From positions 31,576 to 95,575 of the forward strand of contig JAZNMU010000084.1 of NCBI GenBank assembly GCA_045579865.1: 64,000 bases of DNA, in the 5' to 3' direction. Numbering within the stretch: position 1 is the first letter of the stretch; every line of letters starts with the position of its first letter. The stretch comes from Acutalibacteraceae bacterium (GTDB taxonomy: Bacteria > Bacillota > Clostridia > Oscillospirales > Acutalibacteraceae). Below the pieces are notes generated by a model. That model was not told the DNA's origin and did no database searches. It was given only the letters and a program-made list of their open reading frames with translations. Both the position numbers and the translations under genes were made by a program. Shown here one piece after another: positions 23,895-33,434 of this stretch.

Positions 23895-25325
23895 ATGAAT
23901 ATGGCAGATAAATTAGAAAGAGCCGCCGCAGGTGCTGTCCTTGACCGACTTCTTAAATATGTTGACAAGGACCCTCAGAGTAACCTTCTTAAGCTTGTTG
24001 ACGTAGGAGAGAAGCTTTTAGGCGGTATTTTCCCGAAGCACTATATCGATGCTTTCCGTAAGGGTATAACCGACGGTGATAATGTTTATTATGATATGGC
24101 TATGAACATCCTTCGTGATGTTGACAGAGATGTTATCAAAAAGATGCTTTTAGCCATGGGTCTCGGTGCAGGTGTCAAGGGAACAAAGGCAGTAAGAAAA
24201 AACCGTGAAAAGTATAAATGTAACATTCCTTTCCAGATTCTTATTGACCCCACCAGTGCCTGTAACTGTAAGTGCGAGGGCTGCTGGGCGGCAGAATACG
24301 GCCACAAGCACAATCTTACCTATAAGGAAATGGCTTCCATCGTAAGTCAGGCTAAAGAGCTCGGTACACATTTCTATATGTTTACAGGCGGTGAGCCTCT
24401 CATCAGAAAGGATGACCTCATAAAGCTCTGCGAGGCTAATCCCGACTGTGGCTTCCTTTCCTATACAAACGGACATCTTGTTGACGAAAAGTTCTGCGAC
24501 GAAATGAAAAGAGTGGGTAATCTTGCTCTTGCTCTTTCCATCGAGGGTACAGAGGAAACTACTGATGCCAGAAGAGGTGAGGGTAACTATCAGAAGGTTA
24601 TCAATGCTATGAAGCTTCTTAAGAAAAAAGGCTGTCTTTTCGGTATGAGCGTATGCTATACAAGAAACAACATCGACCAGGTTACAAGTGATGAATTTCT
24701 CGATAAAATGGTTGACCTCGGTGTAAAGTTCGGTCTTTACTTTAATTTTATGCCCGTAGGTCACGGCGCATCTCCTGATCTCATTCCTACACCTGACCAG
24801 AGAGAATATATGTACAAATGGCTGCGCAGAGTCAGAAACTCAAAGACAGGCAAGCCCATGTTCTTTATGGATTTCCAGAGTGACGGTGAATATGTAGGCG
24901 GATGTATCGCAGGCGGCAGAAACTATTTCCACATCAACTCAGCCGGTGATATGGAGCCCTGCGTTTTTATTCACTTCTCTGATTCGAACATCAGAACTCA
25001 TACTATTCTCGAAGGTCTGCAGAATCCTCTCTTTATGGCATTCAGACACGACCAGCCCTTTAATGATAACCATCTCCGTCCCTGTCCTATGCTGGAAAAT
25101 CCCCAGTGTCTCCGTGATATTATAAAGAGAACGGGAGCCAAATCCACAAACTTCCTCGGTGAGGAAACAGCAGAAATGCTCTGCAGTAAGTGTGACAAGT
25201 TCGCTGAAGAATGGGCACCGAGAGCAGAAAAGCTCTGGAACAGCACCAAGCATCCCAACCATAAGACACAGTATTACAGAGATACTGAAGAGGGCAGAAG
25301 AGAATTCGGTACAGATAAAAAATAA
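23895..25325 (+). CDS. radical SAM protein with SPASM/twitch-type C-terminal Cys cluster
   Basis: CNCKCEGC (CxxxCxxC), FTGGEPL, and GGCIAGGRNYFHINSAGDMEPC. Confidence 0.75.
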   Translation: MNMADKLERAAAGAVLDRLLKYVDKDPQSNLLKLVDVGEKLLGGIFPKHYIDAFRKGITDGDNVYYDMAMNILRDVDRDVIKKMLLAMGLGAGVKGTKAVRKNREKYKCNIPFQILIDPTSACNCKCEGCWAAEYGHKHNLTYKEMASIVSQAKELGTHFYMFTGGEPLIRKDDLIKLCEANPDCGFLSYTNGHLVDEKFCDEMKRVGNLALALSIEGTEETTDARRGEGNYQKVINAMKLLKKKGCLFGMSVCYTRNNIDQVTSDEFLDKMVDLGVKFGLYFNFMPVGHGASPDLIPTPDQREYMYKWLRRVRNSKTGKPMFFMDFQSDGEYVGGCIAGGRNYFHINSAGDMEPCVFIHFSDSNIRTHTILEGLQNPLFMAFRHDQPFNDNHLRPCPMLENPQCLRDIIKRTGAKSTNFLGEETAEMLCSKCDKFAEEWAPRAEKLWNSTKHPNHKTQYYRDTEEGRREFGTDKK

Positions 25326-25332
25326 GACAAAT

Positions 25333-25366
25333 AAAGAGCAACCGTTTTTATGTTCGGTTGCTCTTT
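25333..25366. terminator. bidirectional terminator
   Basis: AAAGAGCAACCG / CGGTTGCTCTTT perfect 12-bp stem between convergent genes. Confidence 0.8.
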
Positions 25367-25369
25367 ATG

Positions 25370-25867
25370 TTACACCTTATTCTCATCAAAATCAATGACG
25401 ATGTTTTCTTTTGTCGGAGTGAGCTTGGTGAGCTTTACTCCCGCTGCCTCAAACATTCTTTTTGATGCTCTGGTTGACATTGTTTCCGCATATTTGTCGG
25501 AAAGGTAAACTACCTCTTTTATACCGCTCTGAATAATAGCCTTGGCACATTCGTTACAGGGGAAGAGCGCCACATAAATACGGCAGCCTTCAAGGTTGAT
25601 TCCACGGCAGTTAAGAATGGCATTAAGCTCTGCATGGCATACATAGGGGTATTTGGTGTCGTAGGCATCACCTGTTCTTTCCCACGGGAAACAGTCATCG
25701 CTGCAGCCGCTGGGGAATCCGTTATAGCCGACGGACATGATGCGGTTTTTATCGTTTACTATACAGGCACCTACCTGTGTGTTCGGGTCCTTACTTCTGT
25801 AGGAGGAAAGCATAGCTATTCCCATAAAGTATTCGTCCCAGGATAAGTAGTCAGTTCTTTTAGGCAT
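25370..25867 (-). CDS. comEB: dCMP deaminase (ComEB family)
   Basis: HAELNAI and PCNECAKAI motifs. Confidence 0.85.
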   Translation of the reverse strand: MPKRTDYLSWDEYFMGIAMLSSYRSKDPNTQVGACIVNDKNRIMSVGYNGFPSGCSDDCFPWERTGDAYDTKYPYVCHAELNAILNCRGINLEGCRIYVALFPCNECAKAIIQSGIKEVVYLSDKYAETMSTRASKRMFEAAGVKLTKLTPTKENIVIDFDENKV

Positions 25868-25900
25868 AATATAAATCCTCTTTTCTGTAATTCTTCATTT

Positions 25901-27961
25901 TTATCCTTCAAGTCCGCGGTAATAAAGTCCGCGGGTATATTCGCCTTTGACAGCCTTGCCTTTACGGTAGGCATCGAGTATGGCCTCACAAACTTCCTTT
26001 TTCTCTTTGGTGAAGTAGAAGGTTATGAAGTCTAAATTTTCGATTTCGCCGAGTCTGTCCCCTAAATAGATGGGCTGTGAATTGAGAATTTCGCTTGCAC
26101 CGAAATGACAGACCACGGGGAATTTCATATTCTTTCTGTCAGTAAGATATTTATTGCTTTTACATTCACTGCAGTCCGTACCGTTTTTCACGGGACAGTT
26201 TCTCGTAAGCATAAGAGGAAGTCTGCCGTAGCCGATTATACCTCTTTTTGCACTTCCGCCGACCTTCGAAAGTTTTTTGAGTGTCAACTCAGGAGACAAG
26301 GTAATTTCCTTTACACCTGAAGTCTCTAAAAAGTCCACGGAATGGCTGTTAAAAACATTCATCGAGAAGCCTGTATGAATGTCGAAGCCGTGCTTTTTCG
26401 CCAGGGCAAGAGCGTCCAGTGTTGAGCAGTAAGCTAAATTGATGCCGAGACTTTTAGCTCTTTCAAGATACTTTTCCACAAATGTTTCATTACCGAAAAT
26501 GCCTCTGGGAACCTCAATTCCCACATTTACAGGCAGTTTTTTTACGTTTTCCACGAAGTTTTCCTCAGAATTCAGCGGAATATATAAGTTTTCCACATTT
26601 TCGAGGTTTTCGGGAAGCTGACTTGGTTTTGCTATTCTTATGTTATATTTCAAAGCCTGTTCTGCCTTGTAGACGGGTGTCTTTAAGTCCATATCTGTAA
26701 AGGTGTTTAACTTTACAAATGAGATAGCTTTTTCAAGCTCTGAAAGGGCTGTTCTACGGAGATTATTTATGGCACTTGCGGGAACGATGAGTCCTTCATC
26801 CAGGTCAATTTCTGTTTTTTCGGCATAAAACTGTGTGCCGCCGCATTTGGAGATTCTTTCCGTGAGTCCTTCCTCGGTGAGAGGCTTGTTGAGCGCCTTT
26901 TCGGGGATGCAGTCTTCTTCCACAAAAACGGTTTTACCCATAGCAGAAGCTGAAAGAGAAATTTTTTCGCCCTCAATAACTGTCAGGAAAAAGCTAACGG
27001 GGATATTTCCCTGTTCCTTTTCGAAAAGTCTGGAAAGATCTTTAAGAACCTGATTGGTCGCAGAGGTGACATCCTCTTTCTGTCTTATGCCAAACATTTC
27101 TCTGCCTCGCTTGTCGGCAAAATATCCGTCGGTAAAGCCTGAGCGTGAGAAAACTGCACGGAGATTTGAAAGGATTTCTTTATCTGCTTTTCCGTCGAGG
27201 GTGCTTCTGATGGCTGTGACAGCCACCGCAACATATTCGGGACGCTTCATTCTGCCTTCTATTTTCAGAGAATCGATACCGATTTCCGTAAGCTCCTCTG
27301 CTCTTTCGATAAGGGATAAATCCTTAAGGCTCAGGTCATTACCTGTTCCGTTTTCGGCACAGAAGGGGAGACGGCAGGGCTGTGCGCAAAGACCGCGGTT
27401 ACCGCTTCGTCCGCCAAACATACTGCTCATATAGCACTGACCCGAAACGGACATACACAGAGCGCCGTGAATGAAAATCTCGATTTCAATGTCGGAGCTG
27501 TTCTTTATGTTTTTGATTTCTTCCTTCGTAAGCTCACGGGGAAGAACAGCACGGGAAAAGCCCATTTCATTAAGTAGCTTGACACCCTCTTTTGTTTGTA
27601 CAGACATCTGGGTAGATGCGTGCTTTTCGAGTTGGGGTGCCACTTTGTTCATAAGAGTGGCTAAGCCTAAATCCTGCACGATTACAGCATCGGCTCCCCA
27701 GGAGCATATGCGTTTAACCGTTTCCAGCGCTTCCGGCATTTCCTCGTCAGAAATGAGGGTGTTCATGGTAATATGTACTTTAACGCCGTGGCTGTGACAG
27801 TAAGCGACGGCGTTTTTTATTTCTTCATCACCGAAATTATCGGCCTTTATTCTTGCGTTGAAGTTTTTGCATCCCATATAAACGGCATCGGCACCTGTAC
27901 GCACGGCGGCGTAAAGAGAGTCGGAAGATCCAACGGGAGCGAGTATTTCAGGTCTTTTCAT
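25901..27961 (-). CDS. U32-family peptidase-like protein
   Basis: N-terminal MKRPEILAPVG...AVYMG and E.F.HGALC.S.SG.C pattern typical of U32. Confidence 0.75.
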   Translation of the reverse strand: MKRPEILAPVGSSDSLYAAVRTGADAVYMGCKNFNARIKADNFGDEEIKNAVAYCHSHGVKVHITMNTLISDEEMPEALETVKRICSWGADAVIVQDLGLATLMNKVAPQLEKHASTQMSVQTKEGVKLLNEMGFSRAVLPRELTKEEIKNIKNSSDIEIEIFIHGALCMSVSGQCYMSSMFGGRSGNRGLCAQPCRLPFCAENGTGNDLSLKDLSLIERAEELTEIGIDSLKIEGRMKRPEYVAVAVTAIRSTLDGKADKEILSNLRAVFSRSGFTDGYFADKRGREMFGIRQKEDVTSATNQVLKDLSRLFEKEQGNIPVSFFLTVIEGEKISLSASAMGKTVFVEEDCIPEKALNKPLTEEGLTERISKCGGTQFYAEKTEIDLDEGLIVPASAINNLRRTALSELEKAISFVKLNTFTDMDLKTPVYKAEQALKYNIRIAKPSQLPENLENVENLYIPLNSEENFVENVKKLPVNVGIEVPRGIFGNETFVEKYLERAKSLGINLAYCSTLDALALAKKHGFDIHTGFSMNVFNSHSVDFLETSGVKEITLSPELTLKKLSKVGGSAKRGIIGYGRLPLMLTRNCPVKNGTDCSECKSNKYLTDRKNMKFPVVCHFGASEILNSQPIYLGDRLGEIENLDFITFYFTKEKKEVCEAILDAYRKGKAVKGEYTRGLYYRGLEG

Positions 27962-27964
27962 TGA

Positions 27965-28354
27965 TTATTTACCTGCAGATTCCAGAACGGCATTCAGCTC
28001 TGCCTTAAGTCTGCCGTTTTCGAGGCGGAGCTTCTCTGTTTCCTTTTTGAGAGCTTCTGCTTCGTGTCTTGCCCAGTCTGCCTTACTTTTAGCATCTGAG
28101 GCATCGTCAAGATAGTCCTTTATCTGTTCGCGGAGTCTGTCGGCAGTTGCTACGGCTTTTTTACATTCATCGGCATAGTCAAGCGCTAAAAGAACAGCCG
28201 CCTGTGTAGTGGAGATGCTGGTGTTCGCTTTCATAATTTTCGAAAAGGCTATGTCAAGCTCTTTGCCCAGCTCCTGTACATACTTTACATCGTCTTCGGC
28301 TAAAATGGAGTATTCCGTACCGCCGATAGAGAGTTTAACTTTATTTACTGCCAT
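27965..28354 (-). CDS. zapA: cell division protein ZapA
   Basis: VKLSIGGTEYSI... followed by a coiled-coil tail. Start may be 28372. Confidence 0.7.
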   Translation of the reverse strand: MAVNKVKLSIGGTEYSILAEDDVKYVQELGKELDIAFSKIMKANTSISTTQAAVLLALDYADECKKAVATADRLREQIKDYLDDASDAKSKADWARHEAEALKKETEKLRLENGRLKAELNAVLESAGK

Positions 28355-28541
28355 ATTGCTCATCCTTTCCATAACTGAAAATGTCTATTCTTATTCATTA
28401 TACATTAAAAGGGTGAGATAATCAAGGTTAAAATATTCTAAAAAATATTTGCTTTTTTGTGCATTCGGTGGTATAATAATAAACTAGCAGTAAGGGAGAG
28501 AACAAACTCTCTTATTTTTGATTTTAAAGGAGGCAACAGGT

Positions 28542-29264
28542 GTGGATACCGTAAAGGCATTTCTGACGGAATTATATGCAAATGAAAGTGTTCAATATGC
28601 TGTTGACGCTATAATCAAAATGGTGCTTACGGTGTTTTTCAGCGGTCTTATCGGCTATGAAAGAGAGCATTCTCACCGGCCTGCAGGCTTCAGAACACAT
28701 ATTCTTGTGGCGGTAGGTTCCACTCTGGTTATGATGACCTCAGGCTTTGTTTTTAATGAGTATGAGGGCCTTGCCAATTTCGACCCGACGAGACTCGGTG
28801 CTCAGGTAATCAGCGGCATCGGTTTTCTCGGCGCAGGTACCATTCTTCGTGAGGGCTTCAGCGTAAAGGGCCTTACCACTGCCGCATCCCTTTGGGCCGT
28901 TTCCTGTATCGGTCTTGCCGTAGGTGCAGGGTACTATCTAGGTGCTTTTATAACTACTCTTTTCATTTACGCTACGCTCAATACTCTAAAAAGATTTATC
29001 GCTAAGGGCAATCCTTCGAAAAACCTTTATATTGAAGCTGAAAACCTGTCAAGACAGGCTTCGGATATAGGCGAAATAATAAAGCGTTACGGAGGCTCTC
29101 TTCACACTCTTGAAGTCCTTTATGCCGACAGTGTATCGACTAAAAGAAAAAGTGACTCTATAGTAATGAAGGCGGTTATTTTCCCGAAGGATGAGGACGG
29201 ACTCAACATGACCGTTTCAGCCATCAGAGCCCTCGAGGGCATAAGAGATTTGTATATCGACTGA
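28542..29264 (+). CDS. mgtC: MgtC/SapB family membrane protein
   Basis: GLIGYEREHSHRPAGFRTHILV signature. AAGGAGG RBS before GTG 28542. Confidence 0.8.
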   Translation: MDTVKAFLTELYANESVQYAVDAIIKMVLTVFFSGLIGYEREHSHRPAGFRTHILVAVGSTLVMMTSGFVFNEYEGLANFDPTRLGAQVISGIGFLGAGTILREGFSVKGLTTAASLWAVSCIGLAVGAGYYLGAFITTLFIYATLNTLKRFIAKGNPSKNLYIEAENLSRQASDIGEIIKRYGGSLHTLEVLYADSVSTKRKSDSIVMKAVIFPKDEDGLNMTVSAIRALEGIRDLYID

Positions 29265-29269
29265 CATAA

Positions 29270-29310
29270 ACCCTTTGACTGAATTTTTGGTCAAAGGGTA
29301 AGTTTTTTTC
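29270..29310 (+). terminator. rho-independent terminator
   Basis: ACCCTTTGAC / GTCAAAGGGT stem followed by a T-run. Confidence 0.8.
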
Positions 29311-29391
29311 TGTCGGATTTATGCACCTTTACCATTTACAAAATTTCGACAAAATGATACTATAAATGTAATAAAATAAGGAGGAAAAAAT

Positions 29392-30771
29392 ATGAAACTT
29401 TATTATGACATCAAAGACAAACCAAAATTTCCGAACCTGATTATCTATGCCGTACAGCAGCTTTTAGCTATTATGGCAGCTACTCTCGTGGTTCCCATCA
29501 TCATCGGTAACGGTATGCAGCCCTCGGCGGCCCTTTTCGGTGCAGGTGTAGGTACACTGGTTTATGTTCTTTTCACTAAGGCATCATCTCCCGTTTTCCT
29601 CGGCTCGTCCTTCGCTTTTCTCGGCTCTATGGCCGCGGCCTTCGCAGGTGCCGTTTCCGCTCAGGCCGGTTATGCGGGTATTATTATCGGTGCGGTTTTC
29701 GCCGGTCTCGTTTACGTGGCTCTGGCTCTTATTGTTAAGCTTGTGGGTGTAAACTGGATCGACCGTCTTATGCCCAAGCAGGTTATCGGACCCACCGTTG
29801 CAATCATCGGTCTTTCTCTGGCAGGCAACGCAGTAGGCGACCTTCAGAAGGGTAAATTTATGATTGATGCCGTTTCTCAGGTTATTCAGGACGGACAGAT
29901 AGTCGAGGTTACAAATAAGGTTTCCTCTGCTAATCCTCTCGTAGCTGTAGCCTGCGGTCTCGTTACTCTTTTCGTGACTATGATTTGCGCTACCTACGGT
30001 AAAAAATCCATAAAGCTCATTCCTTTTATCATCGGTATTCTTTCCGGTTATGCATTTGCTTCCCTTCTCACTTTAATCGGTATCAAGACAGGAAATGACG
30101 CTATTAAGCTTATTGATTTCAGCATTTTCTCAGGCATCAGTCTCTTCACTGTCCCGGAATTCACCTTCCTTACCGCTATGAAGGGCATTAAGGAAATCGA
30201 CGGTGCATATATCGGCACTCTTGCCGCCGCATATCTTCCCGTGGCATTCGTAGTTTTCGCTGAGCATATCGCTGACCATAAGAACATTTCTTCCATTATC
30301 GAAAAAGACCTTCTCAAAGAGCCCGGTCTTCACAGAACCCTTCTCGGTGACGGTGTAGGTTCTATGGTAGGCGCATTCTTTGGCGGATGCCCCAACACAA
30401 CTTACGGCGAATCTGTAGCCTGTGTGGCCATCACCGGAAACGCTTCTGTTTACACCATCATTACCGCTGCTGTAGGCGCTATCCTTATTTCCTTCCTCGA
30501 GCCCTTTGTTGCTTTCGTTGACTCCATTCCCTCGTGCGTAATGGGCGGTGTATGTATGGCTCTTTACGGCTTTATCGCTGTTTCGGGTCTTAAGATGATA
30601 AAGAATGTTGACCTGGAAGAAAACAGAAATCTTTTCGTAGTTTCCGTAATCCTTATCGCAGGTATCGGCGGTCTCACACTTTCTTTTGGCAGTGTTACAA
30701 TCACATCCATCGCTTGCGCTCTTATTCTCGGTGTGGTTACTAATATTATTCTCGGTAAGAAAAAGGCATAA
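29392..30771 (+). CDS. NCS2-family uracil/xanthine permease
   Basis: About 12 TM helices. Motifs such as FGGCPNTTYGE are typical of UraA/PyrP. Confidence 0.8.
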   Translation: MKLYYDIKDKPKFPNLIIYAVQQLLAIMAATLVVPIIIGNGMQPSAALFGAGVGTLVYVLFTKASSPVFLGSSFAFLGSMAAAFAGAVSAQAGYAGIIIGAVFAGLVYVALALIVKLVGVNWIDRLMPKQVIGPTVAIIGLSLAGNAVGDLQKGKFMIDAVSQVIQDGQIVEVTNKVSSANPLVAVACGLVTLFVTMICATYGKKSIKLIPFIIGILSGYAFASLLTLIGIKTGNDAIKLIDFSIFSGISLFTVPEFTFLTAMKGIKEIDGAYIGTLAAAYLPVAFVVFAEHIADHKNISSIIEKDLLKEPGLHRTLLGDGVGSMVGAFFGGCPNTTYGESVACVAITGNASVYTIITAAVGAILISFLEPFVAFVDSIPSCVMGGVCMALYGFIAVSGLKMIKNVDLEENRNLFVVSVILIAGIGGLTLSFGSVTITSIACALILGVVTNIILGKKKA

Positions 30772-30787
30772 CATATATATAAATACT

Positions 30788-30816
30788 GACTCCCTGCTGA
30801 TGCGGGGAGTTTTTTG
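30788..30816 (+). terminator. rho-independent terminator
   Basis: GACTCCCTG...CGGGGAGT stem followed by TTTTT. Confidence 0.75.
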
Positions 30817-30971
30817 CTTTACAGCTTTACCACGTTAATACATATTGTACAAAAATATCGACAATTTTTAGGTATAATTTTGTCTTGACTTTAGCGCGTT
30901 AAAGTTATATAATGAATCTTAATATTCATAAATATAATGAATATATGGAATTATTTAAGAGGTGTTTTTTT

Positions 30972-32060
30972 ATGAACCGTGTATTTAATTTTTCAGCAGG
31001 CCCTTCAATGCTTCCTGTTTCCGTTCTCGAAAAGGCAGCAAGTGAAATGCTTTGCTATGAGGATTCGGGTATGTCCGTTATGGAAATGAGCCACCGCAGT
31101 CCCGTTTATGATAAAATTATCAAGGATGCAGAGGCGCTTCTCCGTGAAATAATGGAAATCCCTGATAATTATAAGGTGCTCTTTTTACAGGGCGGTGCTT
31201 CTACACAGTTTGCCGCTGTGCCCCTTAATCTTATGAATAAAAACAAAAAGGCTGACTATATTCTTTCAGGTCAGTTCTCCACCAAGGCTTACAAGGAAGC
31301 TCAGAAGTACGGTGACGTGGTAGCTGCCGCATCCTCAAAGGATGATAACTTCTCACGCATTCCCGAAACTACTAAAGAATCCTTCAGACCTGATGCTGAT
31401 TATGTACATATCTGCTTCAACAATACAATCTACGGTACAAAGTACAGCTATATCCCCGACACAGGTGACATTCCTCTCGTAGCTGATATGTCCTCCTGCA
31501 TCATTTCCGAGCCTGTGGATGTAAGCAAGTTCGGTATGATTTATGCAGGTGCACAGAAGAATATGGCTCCCGCAGGCCTTACCATCGTTATCGTCCGTGA
31601 GGATCTTATCGGAAGCGCAAGAGAAGATACACCCGCTATGCTTGATTATAAGCTTATGGCTGATAATGATTCAATGTATAACACTCCTCCCTGCTACTGC
31701 ATTTATATGGCAAAGCTCGTTTACGAATGGATCAAGTCTATCGGCGGTCTTACTGAAATGAAAAAGCTCAATGAAAAGAAAGCCGCACTTCTTTATGATT
31801 ATCTTGACTCACAGGATTACTACATCGCCCCCACAGAAAAAGGCAGCCGTTCAATGATGAATGTGACCTTCGTTACAGGCGATGCAGATCTCGATAAAAA
31901 GTTTGCTTCCGAAGCTGACAAGGCGGGTCTTAAAAATCTCAAGGGTCACAGAAGTGTAGGCGGTATGAGAGCATCAATTTACAATGCTATGCCCTATGAG
32001 GGCGTAGAGGCTCTTGTTGAGTTTATGAAAAAATTTGCCGCTGAAAATCCTAAGGCATAA
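30972..32060 (+). CDS. serC: phosphoserine aminotransferase
   Basis: FNFSAGPSMLP N-terminus and the GAQKN PLP-lysine motif. AAGAGGTG RBS. Confidence 0.9.
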   Translation: MNRVFNFSAGPSMLPVSVLEKAASEMLCYEDSGMSVMEMSHRSPVYDKIIKDAEALLREIMEIPDNYKVLFLQGGASTQFAAVPLNLMNKNKKADYILSGQFSTKAYKEAQKYGDVVAAASSKDDNFSRIPETTKESFRPDADYVHICFNNTIYGTKYSYIPDTGDIPLVADMSSCIISEPVDVSKFGMIYAGAQKNMAPAGLTIVIVREDLIGSAREDTPAMLDYKLMADNDSMYNTPPCYCIYMAKLVYEWIKSIGGLTEMKKLNEKKAALLYDYLDSQDYYIAPTEKGSRSMMNVTFVTGDADLDKKFASEADKAGLKNLKGHRSVGGMRASIYNAMPYEGVEALVEFMKKFAAENPKA

Positions 32061-32075
32061 GAGGTGCATGAAGTT

Positions 32076-33233
32076 ATGAAAACCATTAAAACTATGAATA
32101 AAATTGCTGCTATCGGTCTCGATCAGCTTAATAAAGAGGCTTTCGAAATCGGTGACACCATCGAAAATCCCGACGGCATTATGGTCCGTTCAGCTTCTCT
32201 TCACGATGTGGAATTCGAGGACAATCTTAAAGCTATCGTACGCTGCGGTGCAGGTGTAAACAATATACCCCTTGATAAGTGTGCAGAAAAGGGTATAGTT
32301 GTTTTTAACACACCTGGAGCAAACGCCAACGGTGTTAAGGAACTTACCATAGCATCTCTTCTTCTTGCTTCAAGAAAGGTTGTAGACGGTATCGCCTGGG
32401 CTAACGGTCTCACAGAGAATGTGGCTAAGCAGGTAGAAAAGGGCAAGAGTGCCTTCGCAGGTAACGAAATCGCAGGCAAGACTCTCGGTGTTATCGGTCT
32501 TGGTGCCATCGGCGGTCTGGTGGCAAACACGGCAAAGAGCCTCGGTATGAAGGTTTTGGGCTGTGACAACTTTCTTACTGTTGAGGCTGCCTGGCATCTT
32601 TCACGCTCTATCAACAAGGCTTCAAGCTATGATGAGATTTACGCTAACGCAGATTATATCACTCTTCACATTCCCTCAAATGATAAAACAAGAGGTATGA
32701 TTAACAAAGAGTCCATCGCTAAAATGAAGGACGGCGTAAAGATTATCAACCTTTCCCGTGCAGACCTTGTTAACAATGACGATATCAAGGAAGCTATTGA
32801 AAGCGGTAAAGTAAGCTGTTATGTTACCGACTTCCCCACAGAGGAAACCATCAATGTCCCCGGTATCATTACCACGCCTCATCTCGGTGCTTCTACAGCC
32901 GAATCTGAGGATAACTGTGCTGTTATGGCGGCTCATCAGATAGAAGACTTCCTTCTTAACGGTAACATCAAAAACAGCGTAAATTATCCCGATATTTCTA
33001 TGGCAAGAACCGAAGGCGGAAGACTTCTCGTTCTTCATAGAAATGTTCCCAATATCCTTTCATCTATCACAACTCTCATTTCCGACCAGGGTATCAATAT
33101 CGACCACATGGCTAACCGTTCTAAAGGTGATTACGCCTGTACTCTCGTTGATACACCTTCACATCTTGATGATGAAATCATTGAAAAGATTTCACAGGGT
33201 GAAAATATTATAAGAGTAATTAAGTTTGACTGA
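32076..33233 (+). CDS. serA: D-3-phosphoglycerate dehydrogenase
   Basis: GVIGLGAIG NAD fold, a 2-hydroxyacid dehydrogenase core and a C-terminal ACT-like region. Follows serC. Confidence 0.85.
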   Translation: MKTIKTMNKIAAIGLDQLNKEAFEIGDTIENPDGIMVRSASLHDVEFEDNLKAIVRCGAGVNNIPLDKCAEKGIVVFNTPGANANGVKELTIASLLLASRKVVDGIAWANGLTENVAKQVEKGKSAFAGNEIAGKTLGVIGLGAIGGLVANTAKSLGMKVLGCDNFLTVEAAWHLSRSINKASSYDEIYANADYITLHIPSNDKTRGMINKESIAKMKDGVKIINLSRADLVNNDDIKEAIESGKVSCYVTDFPTEETINVPGIITTPHLGASTAESEDNCAVMAAHQIEDFLLNGNIKNSVNYPDISMARTEGGRLLVLHRNVPNILSSITTLISDQGINIDHMANRSKGDYACTLVDTPSHLDDEIIEKISQGENIIRVIKFD

Positions 33234-33249
33234 TAAGCAAAATAATATC

Positions 33250-33288
33250 AATAACCGTTTCCGAAAAAAGGAGGCGGTTATTTTTTTG
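33250..33288 (+). terminator. rho-independent terminator
   Basis: AATAACCGTTTCC...GGAGGCGGTTATT stem followed by TTTTT. Confidence 0.8.
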
Positions 33289-33384
33289 TGGCGGAAGGGA
33301 GTGCTTTATTGTTAGGAAGCGGTAACGGGAGGCGGGGAGCCAAAGGACCGCTCTGTAAACTCTAAGTGTCAGCTTTACCTATAA

Positions 33385-33420
33385 ATAATAACAAAACAGC
33401 CACGGTAACTCCGTGGCTGT
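33385..33420 (-). terminator. rho-independent terminator for the 33435-35240 gene
   Basis: ACAGCCACGG / CCGTGGCTGT stem with a U-rich tail on the minus strand. Confidence 0.75.
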
Positions 33421-33434
33421 AGGTTTAGAAGCTA

